Notes: generated by a model not told the origin, from the sequence alone. Positions 36,440 through 46,551 are shown, counted from the stretch's first letter. The stretch is DNA of 64,000 nt from Armatimonadota bacterium (GCA_041690135.1 JAWLHY010000010.1:128001-192000); one strand, 5' to 3'. Numbers and translations are program-made.

Positions 36440-38590
36440 GTGTCGCAAGGCAAGCTGGGACGCGTGCTTGTAGTCGATGACGAGCCGGAAATGGTCGGGA
36501 CGTTGTGTCGCCTGCTGGAACGCCATGGCTATGAGGCCATCGGGCGAGAGGAGGGAAGTGCGGCCCTCGTGCTACTCGGCCAGGAAGACTTCGACCTGCT
36601 GCTGACCGATCTGATGATGCCCGGAATGGACGGGCTGACCCTGATGGAACTGGCGCAGCAGCTCGATCCACAGGTCGTCTGCATCGTCATGACCGGCCAG
36701 GCGACCGTGCAAACCGCGGTTGACGCCATGAAGCTCGGGGCCTTTGACTATATCACCAAACCGTTCAAACTGCACGAGCTACTACCGGTGTTTGCGCGGG
36801 CCCTGGAGATGCGCCGTATCCGCATGGAAAACGTGCAACTGCGGCAAACGGTGGCCATGCAAGAGCTCACCAGCGCACTCACCTTGACGCTCGAGCGAGA
36901 GACGATCCTGGAGAAGGTCGCGGACGCGGCCCTGCAGCAATGCGATGCGGACGAGGCTTCGATTCTGCTCTACTCGCCCGGGGACCACGTTTTTCAGGTC
37001 GCGGTCATCGGTGGCGATTGGACGGGGCCGGGAGTTGGTGAGCAACTGCCTATCGCTCCGGAGGTGGCCCCATGGTTGGAGCAGCACCAGGCAAGGGTCA
37101 CCGACGCGGACGGTACGGAGCCGTTGTTTCCGCCCATCCGAACCGGCCCCGGATTGTCGGCGGTCTCTGTTCCCATGTTGCTGGGTGGGCGCCTGATCGG
37201 GGTCCTCCACGTTGCCCGCAAGAAGAGCGCGCGTCCTTTCGCCCCGGGGCAGGTGAAAGGCCTCACCATCCTCGCGGGAACGGCATCTGCCGCACTGGAA
37301 AGTGCGCGTCTCGTCCAGCAGCTACGCGAATCCAATCGGAGGCTGGAGTTGGCTCTGGAAGAACTCCAGAAGGCCCAGCAGCAGATCCTGGAACAAGAGC
37401 GTCTCAGCGCACTCGGTCAGATGGCCAGCGGAATAGCGCACGATTTCAACAACGCACTGGCGCCCATCCTGGGCTTCGCCGACCTGCTGGTCCGGTTACC
37501 GGAGAACCGCAACAATCCCGAGACTCTCACCAGCTACCTGGAGTACATTCGCATCGGTGCGGGGGATGCCGCGGCCGTGGTGCGGCGCCTGCGCGAATTC
37601 TACCGGGGCCGCGAGGAAGAAGACGCGTTCCAGCCGATCGACCTTCGGGAAGTGGTAGAGCAGACCGTCTCGCTGACGCAGCCCCGGTGGAAAGATCAAA
37701 CCCAAGCCCAGGGGCGGACGGTTCGCATCGATACCCGGCTGGCTTCGGTCGCGCCCGTCATGGGCGATGAATCGCAACTCCGCGAACTCTTGACAAATCT
37801 TATCTTCAATGCGGTGGATGCCATGCCGAATGGCGGAAGCATTTGTATTGCAACCGGAACCGACGGGACCCATGCGATCCTGGAAGTGAGCGACGAAGGC
37901 ACGGGGATGCCGGAAGAGGTACGGCAACACTGTCTCGATCCATTCTTCACCACCAAGGGGGAAAAGGGCACGGGGCTCGGGCTCTCGATGGTTTACGGCA
38001 TCACCAAACGGCACCATGGAAGCCTGGAGATCGAGAGTGAAGTTGGAAAAGGCACGACGTTCCGCATGCGGCTCCCCTTTGGACGGACGGCGGTTGCCGA
38101 TAACGCCCCGCAGCACTCCCCTATTCCCATGCGCCTGCACGTCCTTGTGGTGGACGATGAGGCGATGGTCCGCAACCTGGTCGCCACCTACTTCGCAGCC
38201 GACGGTCACACCACGGAGACCGCGGCAAGCGCCCGAGAAGCGCTGGAGCGGTTCCGCCCCGGCGCCTTCGATCTGGTGGTCACCGACCGGGCGATGCCCG
38301 ACGGCAGTGGCGATCAGTTGGCGGTAGCCATTCGCCAAATCGCGGCCGACCAGCCCATTATCCTGCTGACCGGCTTTGGTGAGTTGATGATCGCCAGAAG
38401 CGAGCTTCCGGAAGGAGTCGACGTCATTCTGGGAAAGCCCGTTACCCTGGGCGAACTCCGGGAGGCCGTCTCCAAAGCGTTGACCACACCTGCCGCGCCG
38501 CCGTCGAGTGCACCCGACCATGCATCCCCTCGGGCGAGCCGGAGCTCCACCGAGGCGCTGTTACCAGGCGGTGTGGTGGCATGCAACTAA
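36440..38590 (+). CDS. Hybrid REC-GAF-histidine kinase-REC protein
   Basis: N-terminal REC (VVDDE, TDLMMP), GAF, AHDFNN, HATPase boxes, C-terminal REC (TDRAMP). Confidence 0.92.
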   Translation: MSQGKLGRVLVVDDEPEMVGTLCRLLERHGYEAIGREEGSAALVLLGQEDFDLLLTDLMMPGMDGLTLMELAQQLDPQVVCIVMTGQATVQTAVDAMKLGAFDYITKPFKLHELLPVFARALEMRRIRMENVQLRQTVAMQELTSALTLTLERETILEKVADAALQQCDADEASILLYSPGDHVFQVAVIGGDWTGPGVGEQLPIAPEVAPWLEQHQARVTDADGTEPLFPPIRTGPGLSAVSVPMLLGGRLIGVLHVARKKSARPFAPGQVKGLTILAGTASAALESARLVQQLRESNRRLELALEELQKAQQQILEQERLSALGQMASGIAHDFNNALAPILGFADLLVRLPENRNNPETLTSYLEYIRIGAGDAAAVVRRLREFYRGREEEDAFQPIDLREVVEQTVSLTQPRWKDQTQAQGRTVRIDTRLASVAPVMGDESQLRELLTNLIFNAVDAMPNGGSICIATGTDGTHAILEVSDEGTGMPEEVRQHCLDPFFTTKGEKGTGLGLSMVYGITKRHHGSLEIESEVGKGTTFRMRLPFGRTAVADNAPQHSPIPMRLHVLVVDDEAMVRNLVATYFAADGHTTETAASAREALERFRPGAFDLVVTDRAMPDGSGDQLAVAIRQIAADQPIILLTGFGELMIARSELPEGVDVILGKPVTLGELREAVSKALTTPAAPPSSAPDHASPRASRSSTEALLPGGVVACN

Positions 38591-38844
38591 GTGTGCGTGG
38601 GATAACCTGCGCTGTTCCAAAGGACGGAGTGGACGCGGTCACCGTCGCCCGCGACGGAATGGAATTCTCCAATACCCCCTCCGCGGGTACCCGACGCATG
38701 CGCGCGGCTACGGCGGAGTGATCTCCTCCGGGGTTGGTGCGGCACCAGTCCGGATCAAGCCTACTCGTTGCCTCACCAACCCCTTGTTCGAATCTGGGCC
38801 GAACATCACCCCGGTCAAGCGACACCGGCGACGGCGGTATGGCC

Positions 38845-39399
38845 TTACACTATCCGGCGGCGCATGCCGGCTTGCGCGTGCGGCTCGGCGGCAGTGTCGA
38901 CCGCCTCGGCTTCCACTTCCGCCTCCGCCTCCGCCTCAAGGGGCGTTTCGCGGAGGATGGATAGTTCCAGTGCCACCAACGCCGCCAGTTGGAGGAAAAA
39001 GCGTGCCAGGTGCGCATACTCCCACTGGTTGCGGACCTGCACCCAATCCGTAGGGGGAGCGTTTACCGGCCAGCTCGCCATCAAGGTATTGGTGGGGGCT
39101 ACCCAGATCCAGAACACCGCATGCGCGAGGGCCATCAGGGCAGCGCCGATAACCGTTGGCCAGTATGCGGGACGGCGATTGCGAACCAGGTACGCAAGCA
39201 CGAGGGTCGCAGCCACCGCGCCGACTTCCATGTATCCACCAATCTTGCCGTAGAACACATAGAGCGTGCGGTGCAGCGTGAGATAGAGCGCAGCATCGTA
39301 ATCCATCTTCGGCCGGAGTTCGAGCGCGTGGCTGAAGGCCAAGCCCATGCTAAGCGCCATCAGCGTGATTGCGATCAACCGCCAGATTCGCAGAGCCAT
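38845..39399 (-). CDS. DUF1772 / anthrone-oxygenase-like membrane protein
   Basis: AFSHALE, four TM segments, VAPTN, DW..RNQWEYAH. Tail with EA repeats. RBS AAGGAG. Confidence 0.75.
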   Translation of the reverse strand: MALRIWRLIAITLMALSMGLAFSHALELRPKMDYDAALYLTLHRTLYVFYGKIGGYMEVGAVAATLVLAYLVRNRRPAYWPTVIGAALMALAHAVFWIWVAPTNTLMASWPVNAPPTDWVQVRNQWEYAHLARFFLQLAALVALELSILRETPLEAEAEAEVEAEAVDTAAEPHAQAGMRRRIV

Positions 39400-39493
39400 C
39401 CGGTTCTCCTTGCCTTTTCGCGCCCGTTCTCCGTGCCAGTTTCCCGCGCCGCCCAGCACGCTCAAACCACGGGGCCGCGGGACCAGGGCCAGG

Positions 39494-40120
39494 CTACGCC
39501 GTCTCGTCGGTTCCGCCCGGCAGACCCCTACCCCATTCGAGAACTTCTACTCTAACCCTCGCGCGACCGGCCGAGACATAGCCGAGTTGCTCCGCCGCCC
39601 GGCGCGAGAGATCGATGATCGGTCGCCGAGCCCGATGGGGCGCGCTGAAGGGACCCCGATCCACAACTCTCACCTTTACGGACCGGTCGTTGCGCAGGTT
39701 GGTGACCCGTAGGATCGTACCGAACGGATAAGCGCGATGAGCGGCGACCATCTGGTTTTGCCGGAACGGAATGCCGCTGGCGGTCCGGCGACCTTCGAAG
39801 TGATCGGCGTAGTACGTGGCGCCACCGGTGACCTGCTCCAGGACCGGTTCAGGAAGCGCCTCGCGCAAGCGCTCCGGGGTTTGTTCCGGGGTGGCATCGG
39901 GATGGGGCACAGGCTCCGGCGCCGGCGCTTCCCGCAGAACCGGATACCGGGCCTTGAGCATCTCCACCACATCCGGTGGAACCCGCGGCGGCAGTTGGGC
40001 AGTGATGGTGGGCGCCTTCGACACGCCCGGGGAAGTCTCTGGCCGCGGACTGGCGGTGCAGCCGGCCAGGGTAACACACAGCGGCACCCAGAGAAACGGG
40101 GGCCGCGATAGCATCTTCAT
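39494..40120 (-). CDS. rlpA: RlpA-family lytic transglycosylase lipoprotein
   Basis: LAGC lipobox, ATYYAD.FEGRRTASG, AAHR..PFGT, VVDRGPF, IIDLS. No SPOR domain. Confidence 0.88.
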   Translation of the reverse strand: MKMLSRPPFLWVPLCVTLAGCTASPRPETSPGVSKAPTITAQLPPRVPPDVVEMLKARYPVLREAPAPEPVPHPDATPEQTPERLREALPEPVLEQVTGGATYYADHFEGRRTASGIPFRQNQMVAAHRAYPFGTILRVTNLRNDRSVKVRVVDRGPFSAPHRARRPIIDLSRRAAEQLGYVSAGRARVRVEVLEWGRGLPGGTDETA

Positions 40121-40475
40121 CTTCTAACCTCTTGCTGATTTGGTCTCCTTGGCAACGAGCGGAATATCCGCATACGGCCTGTTTTCCATGGATCTTCCGA
40201 TCTCACACTTCCCAACTGTAAGGCCAACCGCTCTTCTTGTGGCGGCTACAGCCTGGGAATGGCCAGGTGCCTGGGTTGGACTGGATACAACGAGCCAGCC
40301 CAGGGCCAGCCATGGATTGGCGCAAACAACCACGCGGGCGGAGGAGAGTGAAGGAGAAAAGCCGGGCTCGTTTGTTTCAGCGGCAGCAGGCGCGGACACA
40401 AGGAATACGGGCGCGCAGACAACGGCACTCACTCGTCCCTGTAATTCGTTTGTTCAACCCGATGAAGCACACAAG

Positions 40476-41066
40476 ATGAGCAAGAAGATCGCCATTATTC
40501 AGGGACATCCGGACCCGGTCGGTCATCACTTCGGACATGCCCTCGCCGACGCTTACATGGAGGGCGCGGGCGAAGCCAGCCATGAGACTCGCACCCTCGA
40601 AGTGGCTCGACTGGAGTTTCCCCTCCTGCACACGAAGACGGACTTCGAGCACGGCACGCCTCCGGAAGACATCCTGAAAGCCCAGGAGACCGTCCGCTGG
40701 GCGGATCATCTCGTGCTCCTGTATCCGCTGTGGCTCGGCGGCATGCCGGCCGTGCTCAAGGGATTTCTGGAGCAACTCTTCCGTCCCGCCTTCGTGACCG
40801 GCGCGGCGGACGACTTCGCGCATACCTCGGCCAGAGCGCTCAAGGGGAAGACAGCGCAGGTCGTGGTCACCATGGGCATGCCGGCGATGGCCTACCAGTG
40901 GTTCTACGGCGCACACAGCCTGAAAAGCCTGGAGCGGAACATCCTCGGCTTCTGTGGAATCGGGCCGATCCACCACACGCTGATTGGGATGGTGGAAGCG
41001 GGAGACGACGCGGACCGGGCCAAATGGCTGGAAAAACTGCGTGAACTGGGGCGGGAGGGCAAGTAG
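40476..41066 (+). CDS. NAD(P)H-dependent oxidoreductase, flavodoxin-like fold
   Basis: IIQGHPD, WADHLVLLYPLWLGGMPAVLKGFLE. Start moved to ATG 40476. Confidence 0.9.
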   Translation: MSKKIAIIQGHPDPVGHHFGHALADAYMEGAGEASHETRTLEVARLEFPLLHTKTDFEHGTPPEDILKAQETVRWADHLVLLYPLWLGGMPAVLKGFLEQLFRPAFVTGAADDFAHTSARALKGKTAQVVVTMGMPAMAYQWFYGAHSLKSLERNILGFCGIGPIHHTLIGMVEAGDDADRAKWLEKLRELGREGK

Positions 41067-41085
41067 CCCTCCCTGCACCCAGGAT

Positions 41086-41119
41086 GGCCGGCCCGTTCGT
41101 GCCGAAGAACGGGCCGGCC
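41086..41119. terminator. Hairpin between convergent genes
   Basis: GGCCGGCCCGTTC-N8-GAACGGGCCGGCC, 13-bp stem. Confidence 0.65.
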
Positions 41120-41141
41120 TTGAAGCAAGTTGGGGATGCGA

Positions 41142-41843
41142 TTAGGGGGTCCAGGCGAACCAGACCAGCCACACGTCCAGCCGGCGGTTCTCGGCAGTGC
41201 GGGGGACGTTGATGTGGTTCATCAGGTAGCCGGTTTCCACCCGAAGCTGCGGGTTCACCTGGCGGCTGACGCCGAGGAACAGGCGGTTCTGATCGAAGCC
41301 GGAAACCGGCCCGTTGTCGGTGGAGTTCAGGTTGAAGAAGAACTCGTCGTAGCCGACCAGGGCCCACTTTTTGTCCGCGCAGATGGGATGGGTCAGGCGG
41401 AACATGCTCCGCAGGCGGACCGCCGTGCCGCCCGCGCCCTCGATAAAGCGCTCTTCCAGACGCGTGCGGTTGGTGAAGGCAGTATTGCCGAACCGATCAT
41501 CGTAGAGCAACTGCTGGTAAATTCGGTGTTCATCCGCAAAGCCGGGCTCGAACAGCGGTGTCCAGCCGTAGCCCTGCCAGACCGACACTTTGGAATTGAG
41601 CCGATAGCCGATGGCTGGTCGTACGATGAGGCGCTCCAACTCCGAAATGTCCTGGCCAATGCGAGGCTGAACTTCGAAGTAGCCGATCCACCGATCGGAG
41701 AGGTTTTTCTGAACCGTGAACAGCGTCCATTGCTGGGTGTCCACGTCGTCGGCGCAGGCAGGCGACGTGACGGCGAGCGCCAGGGCAACGCCCAAGGTGG
41801 CCGCGACGATGCGGCTACGGATGGTGTTGAATAGGTCAGTCAT
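41142..41843 (-). CDS. DUF2490 outer-membrane beta-barrel protein
   Basis: Signal peptide, RPAIGY, EHRIYQQ, RTRLEERF, DEFFFNLN, FDQNRLFLG, ETGYL. Confidence 0.85.
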   Translation of the reverse strand: MTDLFNTIRSRIVAATLGVALALAVTSPACADDVDTQQWTLFTVQKNLSDRWIGYFEVQPRIGQDISELERLIVRPAIGYRLNSKVSVWQGYGWTPLFEPGFADEHRIYQQLLYDDRFGNTAFTNRTRLEERFIEGAGGTAVRLRSMFRLTHPICADKKWALVGYDEFFFNLNSTDNGPVSGFDQNRLFLGVSRQVNPQLRVETGYLMNHINVPRTAENRRLDVWLVWFAWTP

Positions 41844-41924
41844 CAAACCTACGTATCTCAGACCAGCCGCCAGTTAGTCGTGTTTGCAGGGGGTAACCAG
41901 GAAGGCACGCCAACGAAACCCGTT

Positions 41925-41968
41925 TTGCGCATTTTCGATATTGCGCAATTACTCCGGCCGGTTATACT
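41925..41968 (+). promoter_or_regulatory. Palindromic operator overlapping a sigma70 promoter of the arsR operon
   Basis: TTGCGCATTTTCGATATTGCGCAA (41925-41948) imperfect palindrome. TTGCGC-N16-TATACT at 41941-41968. Confidence 0.6.
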
Positions 41969-42007
41969 GAGGAGCGGCAATATGCATTGATTGGAAGGAT
42001 GTAACCG

Positions 42008-42409
42008 ATGCCGATGCGGGACGCACTGCGGCAGTTCAAAGCAGATATTTTCCAGGCACTGGCCCATCCCACGCGTATCGCGATCGTCGAGATACTGTGC
42101 GAGGGCGAGCAGTCGGCTGGATCGCTGGTCGAAAAGCTGGAAATAGAACCGGCAAACGCTTCGCAGCACCTGGCTGTCCTGCGCAGCCGGCAGATTGTCG
42201 AAAGCCGCAGGGAGGGAAACCAGGTCATTTACTCACTTCGCGATCCCTTGCTCGGCGAGGTTCTAGAAGTAATGCGTCGCTACTTCCAGGCCCACCTGGC
42301 GGAGGCCACGGCGCTCTTGCGGGACCTCCATCCGGAAACCGGCGCTGAAGCAAAGCCGGCTTCCGCAACCCGTGCGAAAGGCATGGGTGAGAGGGATGAA
42401 CTCCAGTGA
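42008..42409 (+). CDS. ArsR/SmtB family transcriptional regulator
   Basis: KADIFQALAHPTRIAIV, ASQHLAVLR, RREGNQVIYSL. Confidence 0.92.
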   Translation: MPMRDALRQFKADIFQALAHPTRIAIVEILCEGEQSAGSLVEKLEIEPANASQHLAVLRSRQIVESRREGNQVIYSLRDPLLGEVLEVMRRYFQAHLAEATALLRDLHPETGAEAKPASATRAKGMGERDELQ

Positions 42410-44124
42410 GCGACGGACTGGCGTTTAGACGGTGGACCCCGCGCCTACTGGAGACGCTTCGTACCTACGACAGGCGTACGTTCGGGAGTGACCTGATCGC
42501 GGGGATCACGGTAGGGTTGGTCGCGCTGCCGTTGGCGATGGCGTTCGGAATCGCCAGTGGCGTTACGCCCCAGTCCGGCATTTACACGGCGATTGTGGCC
42601 GGCTTCCTGATCTCGGCGCTTGGCGGATCGCGGGTGCAGATCGGCGGGCCTACCGGCGCGTTCGTGGTCATCGTGGCCGGCATCATCAGTAAGTTCGGTC
42701 TCTCCGGCCTCCTGATGGTCACACTCATGGCCGGCGGTATGCTCGTCTTGATGGGAATTACCGGCCTCGGAACCGCCATCAAGTTCATCCCGAGACCGGT
42801 GGTCATCGGCTTTACCAACGGCATCGCGATCCTGATCGCATCCACCCAGATCAAGGACTTCCTGGGGCTGCAGACCGGCCCGCTCCCAGGTGAATTCCTG
42901 GAGCGCATGCACGTTTACGCGGGAGCGTTGAGTACGGTACATCCGCCGACGCTGCTCGTCGCCTCCGTCTCGCTGGGAATCATCCTGTTCTGGCCGCGCA
43001 TCACGCGCCGGATTCCCGGATCCATCGTAGCACTGCTTCTCGCCACGATACTCACCCCTCTGCTAGGCTTGCCGGTCGAGACTATTGGCAGCAAGTTCGG
43101 GGGAATTCCGGTTGGCTTGCCCCGGATCGCCCTGCCGGAATTCCGCCCGGACTTGATCGTGACACTGCTCCCGTCGGCGGTGACCGTGGCGCTGCTGGCG
43201 GCCATCGAAAGCTTGCTTTCGGCGGTGGTGGCGGACAGCATGAGTGGCGACAAGCACAACTCCAATGTGGAACTGGTCGCCCAGGGCATGGCGAATCTCG
43301 CGGTTCCGTTCGTGGGAGGAATTCCCGCCACGGGAGCCATCGCGCGCACGGCCACCAACATTCGCTCTGGGGCACACACCCCCGTGGCCGGCATCACACA
43401 CGCGCTCACATTACTGTTCATTATTGTGGTAGCGGCGCCGCTCGCACGGTTCATCCCGCTGGCAACACTGGCAGCCGTGTTGTTTGTGGTGTCTTACAAT
43501 ATGGGGGAATGGCGAGAGATCGGTTCGATCCTCAGGCTTTCCCGGGCGGACAAGGCCGTTTGGGCCAGCACCTTTGCGCTCACCGTCCTGGCCGATCTCA
43601 CTGTGGCCGTTGAAGTCGGCATTGCACTCGCGGCACTGCTCTACATCTACCGGGTATCGCAAACGACCACCGTCTCCGTGGTTACCCCCGAGTATGTAGA
43701 TGCGGGTTGGGTTCACAGCCTGCAGGGCCAGGAGATTCCCCCGTACGTCTCCATCCTCAGGATCCACGGTCCGTTTCTGTTCGGCACCACGGAAAAGCTG
43801 GCGGAAGAGACCGCGGACCTCACGCGCTTCGCACCGGTAGTCATTCTTCGGCTGCGCAACACAACCGCCCTCGACGCCACGGGACTACACGCATTGGAAG
43901 TGTTTGCGGAACGGCTGCGGAAAGCGGGGAAAACGTTGCTCCTCTGCGGCGCCCGCGACCAGCCGGCGAAGCTGCTGCAGCGATCCGATTTCGTGGCGCA
44001 CATCGGCAGTGACAATATCCTCCCGCATGTTCAGGCCGCCCTGATGCGGGCTCGCGAGGTGGCGGAGGAGTTCGGTGGTTTGGGATACGAGGCAGCGGAA
44101 GATCTCGCCCACGCACCCCTCTAG
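42406..44124 (+). CDS. SulP family transporter (DauA/BicA-like) with STAS domain
   Basis: DLIAGITVGLVALPLAMAF, GGSRVQIGGPTGAF, PATGAIARTATN, STAS (GPFLFG, LDATG). Confidence 0.93.
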   Translation: MSDGLAFRRWTPRLLETLRTYDRRTFGSDLIAGITVGLVALPLAMAFGIASGVTPQSGIYTAIVAGFLISALGGSRVQIGGPTGAFVVIVAGIISKFGLSGLLMVTLMAGGMLVLMGITGLGTAIKFIPRPVVIGFTNGIAILIASTQIKDFLGLQTGPLPGEFLERMHVYAGALSTVHPPTLLVASVSLGIILFWPRITRRIPGSIVALLLATILTPLLGLPVETIGSKFGGIPVGLPRIALPEFRPDLIVTLLPSAVTVALLAAIESLLSAVVADSMSGDKHNSNVELVAQGMANLAVPFVGGIPATGAIARTATNIRSGAHTPVAGITHALTLLFIIVVAAPLARFIPLATLAAVLFVVSYNMGEWREIGSILRLSRADKAVWASTFALTVLADLTVAVEVGIALAALLYIYRVSQTTTVSVVTPEYVDAGWVHSLQGQEIPPYVSILRIHGPFLFGTTEKLAEETADLTRFAPVVILRLRNTTALDATGLHALEVFAERLRKAGKTLLLCGARDQPAKLLQRSDFVAHIGSDNILPHVQAALMRAREVAEEFGGLGYEAAEDLAHAPL

Positions 44125-44164
44125 ATAGCAGGGTCGTGCACTTGCGGAGAAAGAGTAAGTTCAG

Positions 44165-44905
44165 ATGAGGATACTCGGAGCTACCATTTGCCTGGCATTA
44201 GCCCTGCTGGCGTGGCCCACTCTCGTACAAGCGGAGCACCCCGCGCCTGGGCCCGCGATCGATCCGCAGCGCGTACTGCTCTCATTGATGGCGGGGAACC
44301 GGCGGTTCGCTACCGGCCATGCCGTGCACCCCCACGCAGAGCGCGCTCGCATACGGGAAACGGGCTGGCACGGCCAGCATCCGCAGGCCGTCGTTCTGGC
44401 TTGTGCCGATTCCCGCGTGTGCCCCGAGATCCTCTTCGACCAGGGCGTAGGAGACCTCTTTACGATTCGCGTGGCGGGTAACGTCGGCAACGAAGACGAG
44501 GCAGCCTCGGTGGAATACGCGGCCGATCACCTGGAAGTCCCCGTGTGTGTCGTGCTGGGACACACCGGCTGCGGAGCCGTAACGGCGGTAGTCCGTAAAG
44601 AACCGCTGCACGGTAGCTTCGACCACCTGCTGGCGCACACCCGAGAAGCAGTAGGAGCTTTACGGAAGAAGCGGCCGGACCTGACCGGCACGGCGCTTCT
44701 CGACGAAGCCGTCCGCGCCAACATCTGGGAGGCGATCGAAGACCTCCTGCAGGAAAGCCCGGCATTGGTGGAGCGAGCACGCACCGGAAAGCTCCGCATC
44801 GTCGGCGCCGTCTACGACACGCGTAGTGGCAAGGTGCATTGGATGGGGCGCCATCCACGCGAGAACGCCCTGCTGAAGGAGCAGGCCGGAAAGCGGCCCG
44901 GTTAA
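44165..44905 (+). CDS. Beta-class carbonic anhydrase with signal peptide
   Basis: LMAGNRRF, CADSRV, GDLFTIRVAGN, HTGCGAV Zn ligands, hydrophobic leader. Confidence 0.92.
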   Translation: MRILGATICLALALLAWPTLVQAEHPAPGPAIDPQRVLLSLMAGNRRFATGHAVHPHAERARIRETGWHGQHPQAVVLACADSRVCPEILFDQGVGDLFTIRVAGNVGNEDEAASVEYAADHLEVPVCVVLGHTGCGAVTAVVRKEPLHGSFDHLLAHTREAVGALRKKRPDLTGTALLDEAVRANIWEAIEDLLQESPALVERARTGKLRIVGAVYDTRSGKVHWMGRHPRENALLKEQAGKRPG

Positions 44906-45016
44906 CACCGCAGGTGGCCCGGTTGATCGCATTACATGTGCGCCCGTGGGATCAACCCCACGGATGGCCGCCTTGCGAGGTTCCGGCACCGAGCACGGAG
45001 CTCGCGATAGCCTGTC

Positions 45017-45058
45017 GCCGGGAAGCCTCCCTCATCGGCGTGAGGGAGGCTTCCCGGC
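45017..45058. terminator. Perfect 18-bp hairpin between convergent genes
   Basis: GCCGGGAAGCCTCCCTCA-TCGGCG-TGAGGGAGGCTTCCCGGC. Confidence 0.7.
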
Positions 45059-45095
45059 AGGAGCTCAGCGCGCATACTGGCTTTGAAACGGAAGC

Positions 45096-46148
45096 TTAAA
45101 TCCCCAGCAGCTTCTTCACGCCGTTCTTGACCGGCTGCGGTAGGGCGCCGCCCAGCGACCGCAGTCCGCCGGAGGAGTCTCCCCCCTGCGACGGTCCCGC
45201 GAACTCCGGCCACTCCAGTTGTCCGCGGTCTTCCAGGAGCGGAGCGGAGATGATTTCGGCCGGTTTCCCCTTCACGGCCAGCAAGGTGATCGTCTCTTCA
45301 ATCCGCGGCCCGTGCGTCTTGTTGACGATCCAGGAGAGCGCGCCGGGTCCACTCCCCTTACCGGCGGATTCCTCACTGGCGGAGGGCAGATTGCCACACC
45401 GCTCGATCTTGTCGGGAAAGCCGACTCCGGTGGCCGGCGTAAGGCACGCGTAGGCCGAAGTGTAGCCGTAGTTCGACAGGAAGTTCAGGAGGGAAGACCG
45501 GGTGAACTCGAAGCTGTGGGGATTGTCCAGAGAGTTCCAGACCTTCTCCATCCGCTCTTCCATGGAAGAATCGGGGGAGTGCTCCCGCGTCTTTCGGCCC
45601 CAGTAGGTGTGTCCCTTGTACTCGACAGAGACTTCCGCCACGAGACTGTACTGGGTGGAGATAATCGTGATTCCGGTGCAAACCGCACTGATCTGCTCCA
45701 GGAACCGGAATACGTCCGGCTGGTCGAGGTGATACAGGATTCCCAGGCACAGCACTACGTCGAAGTGGCCGTACTTCTCGGGGCTCAGGTTGCGAACGTC
45801 GTCGAGGTGGAGTTCCACGTTTTCCAGCCCCAGTACTTCTTTCGCGTAACGTGCCTTCTCCAGGTTGGCTTCCCGACCCTCCACCAGGACCACGCTCGCC
45901 CCATGCCGGGCCAACTCGATGCCGTAGAGACCCTCCAGACAGGCCAGGTCCAGAATCCGCAGTTCGTTCAGCGGTCGCCGCGCGGCGTCCGCCACGGTCT
46001 GCACCACCTGCCGCAGCTTGAGCTCGTCGGCGATGATGCGGCCGTCGATGGTGTAAAGGTCGCCCCCAAGGTGGATGTTATGCGCGGTCCACTCGCCGTG
46101 CTTTTCCACGACCTCGCGCTTTTTTCGCGCCATTTCCTCGACGTTCAT
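45096..46148 (-). CDS. Class I SAM-dependent methyltransferase
   Basis: ILDLACLEG, VEGR, FDVVLCLGILYH. RBS AGGAG before ATG 46148. Confidence 0.85.
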   Translation of the reverse strand: MNVEEMARKKREVVEKHGEWTAHNIHLGGDLYTIDGRIIADELKLRQVVQTVADAARRPLNELRILDLACLEGLYGIELARHGASVVLVEGREANLEKARYAKEVLGLENVELHLDDVRNLSPEKYGHFDVVLCLGILYHLDQPDVFRFLEQISAVCTGITIISTQYSLVAEVSVEYKGHTYWGRKTREHSPDSSMEERMEKVWNSLDNPHSFEFTRSSLLNFLSNYGYTSAYACLTPATGVGFPDKIERCGNLPSASEESAGKGSGPGALSWIVNKTHGPRIEETITLLAVKGKPAEIISAPLLEDRGQLEWPEFAGPSQGGDSSGGLRSLGGALPQPVKNGVKKLLGI

Positions 46149-46410
46149 CCGAAATCTCCTGTTGCCCGACCGCGGTCCACCGGGACCCGCAGGTCCGTAT
46201 CTCCGGGAAGCCCCCAAAATTCAACTATTCAGAAAGGTAACGGTTCTCGGCCGCTGCAGTGTCTTCCGGAAGCGTCCGGGCGGCATTCGCGGTGGGGGTG
46301 CTGGAAAGCCACCCTTCTAATCTTCGGATGATCGACCAGAAAATCTGGGTTGCGGACCGATGGATATTGGCTTGCGCTGCAAATCGGGGGCGCAAAGGGA
46401 GCCGCCAACG

Positions 46411-46447
46411 AAAAACAACCCGTGAGCGACACGCTCACGGGTTGTTT
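46411..46447 (-). terminator. Intrinsic terminator after tRNA-Ser
   Basis: AAACAACCCGTGAGCG-TGT-CGCTCACGGGTTGTTT-TT. Confidence 0.8.
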
Positions 46448-46462
46448 CAGGTCGTATCGGAA

Positions 46463-46551
46463 CGGAGAGGGCGGGATTCGAACCCGCGGCAGAGTATGAT
46501 CCCTGCGACGGTTTAGCAAACCGCTCCCTTCGGCCACTCGGGCACCTCTCC
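46463..46551 (-). tRNA. tRNA-Ser(GCT), CCA not encoded
   Basis: GGAGAGG acceptor stem, D-arm CCCGAGTGGCCGAAGGG, anticodon arm GCGGT-TTGCTAA-ACCGT, long variable arm, T-arm GGTTCGAATCC, discriminator G. Confidence 0.96.

Noticed and set aside
38895-38940. GCCTCC hexamer repeats
   Set aside because: They encode a short EAEAEAEVEAEA tail within the DUF1772 gene and are too short and imperfect to argue for phase variation.
46463-46551. tRNA-Ser as the integration site of a genomic island
   Set aside because: No integrase is nearby and I saw no duplicate of the tRNA 3' end. The similar CGGAGAGGG near 49452 is part of a terminator.
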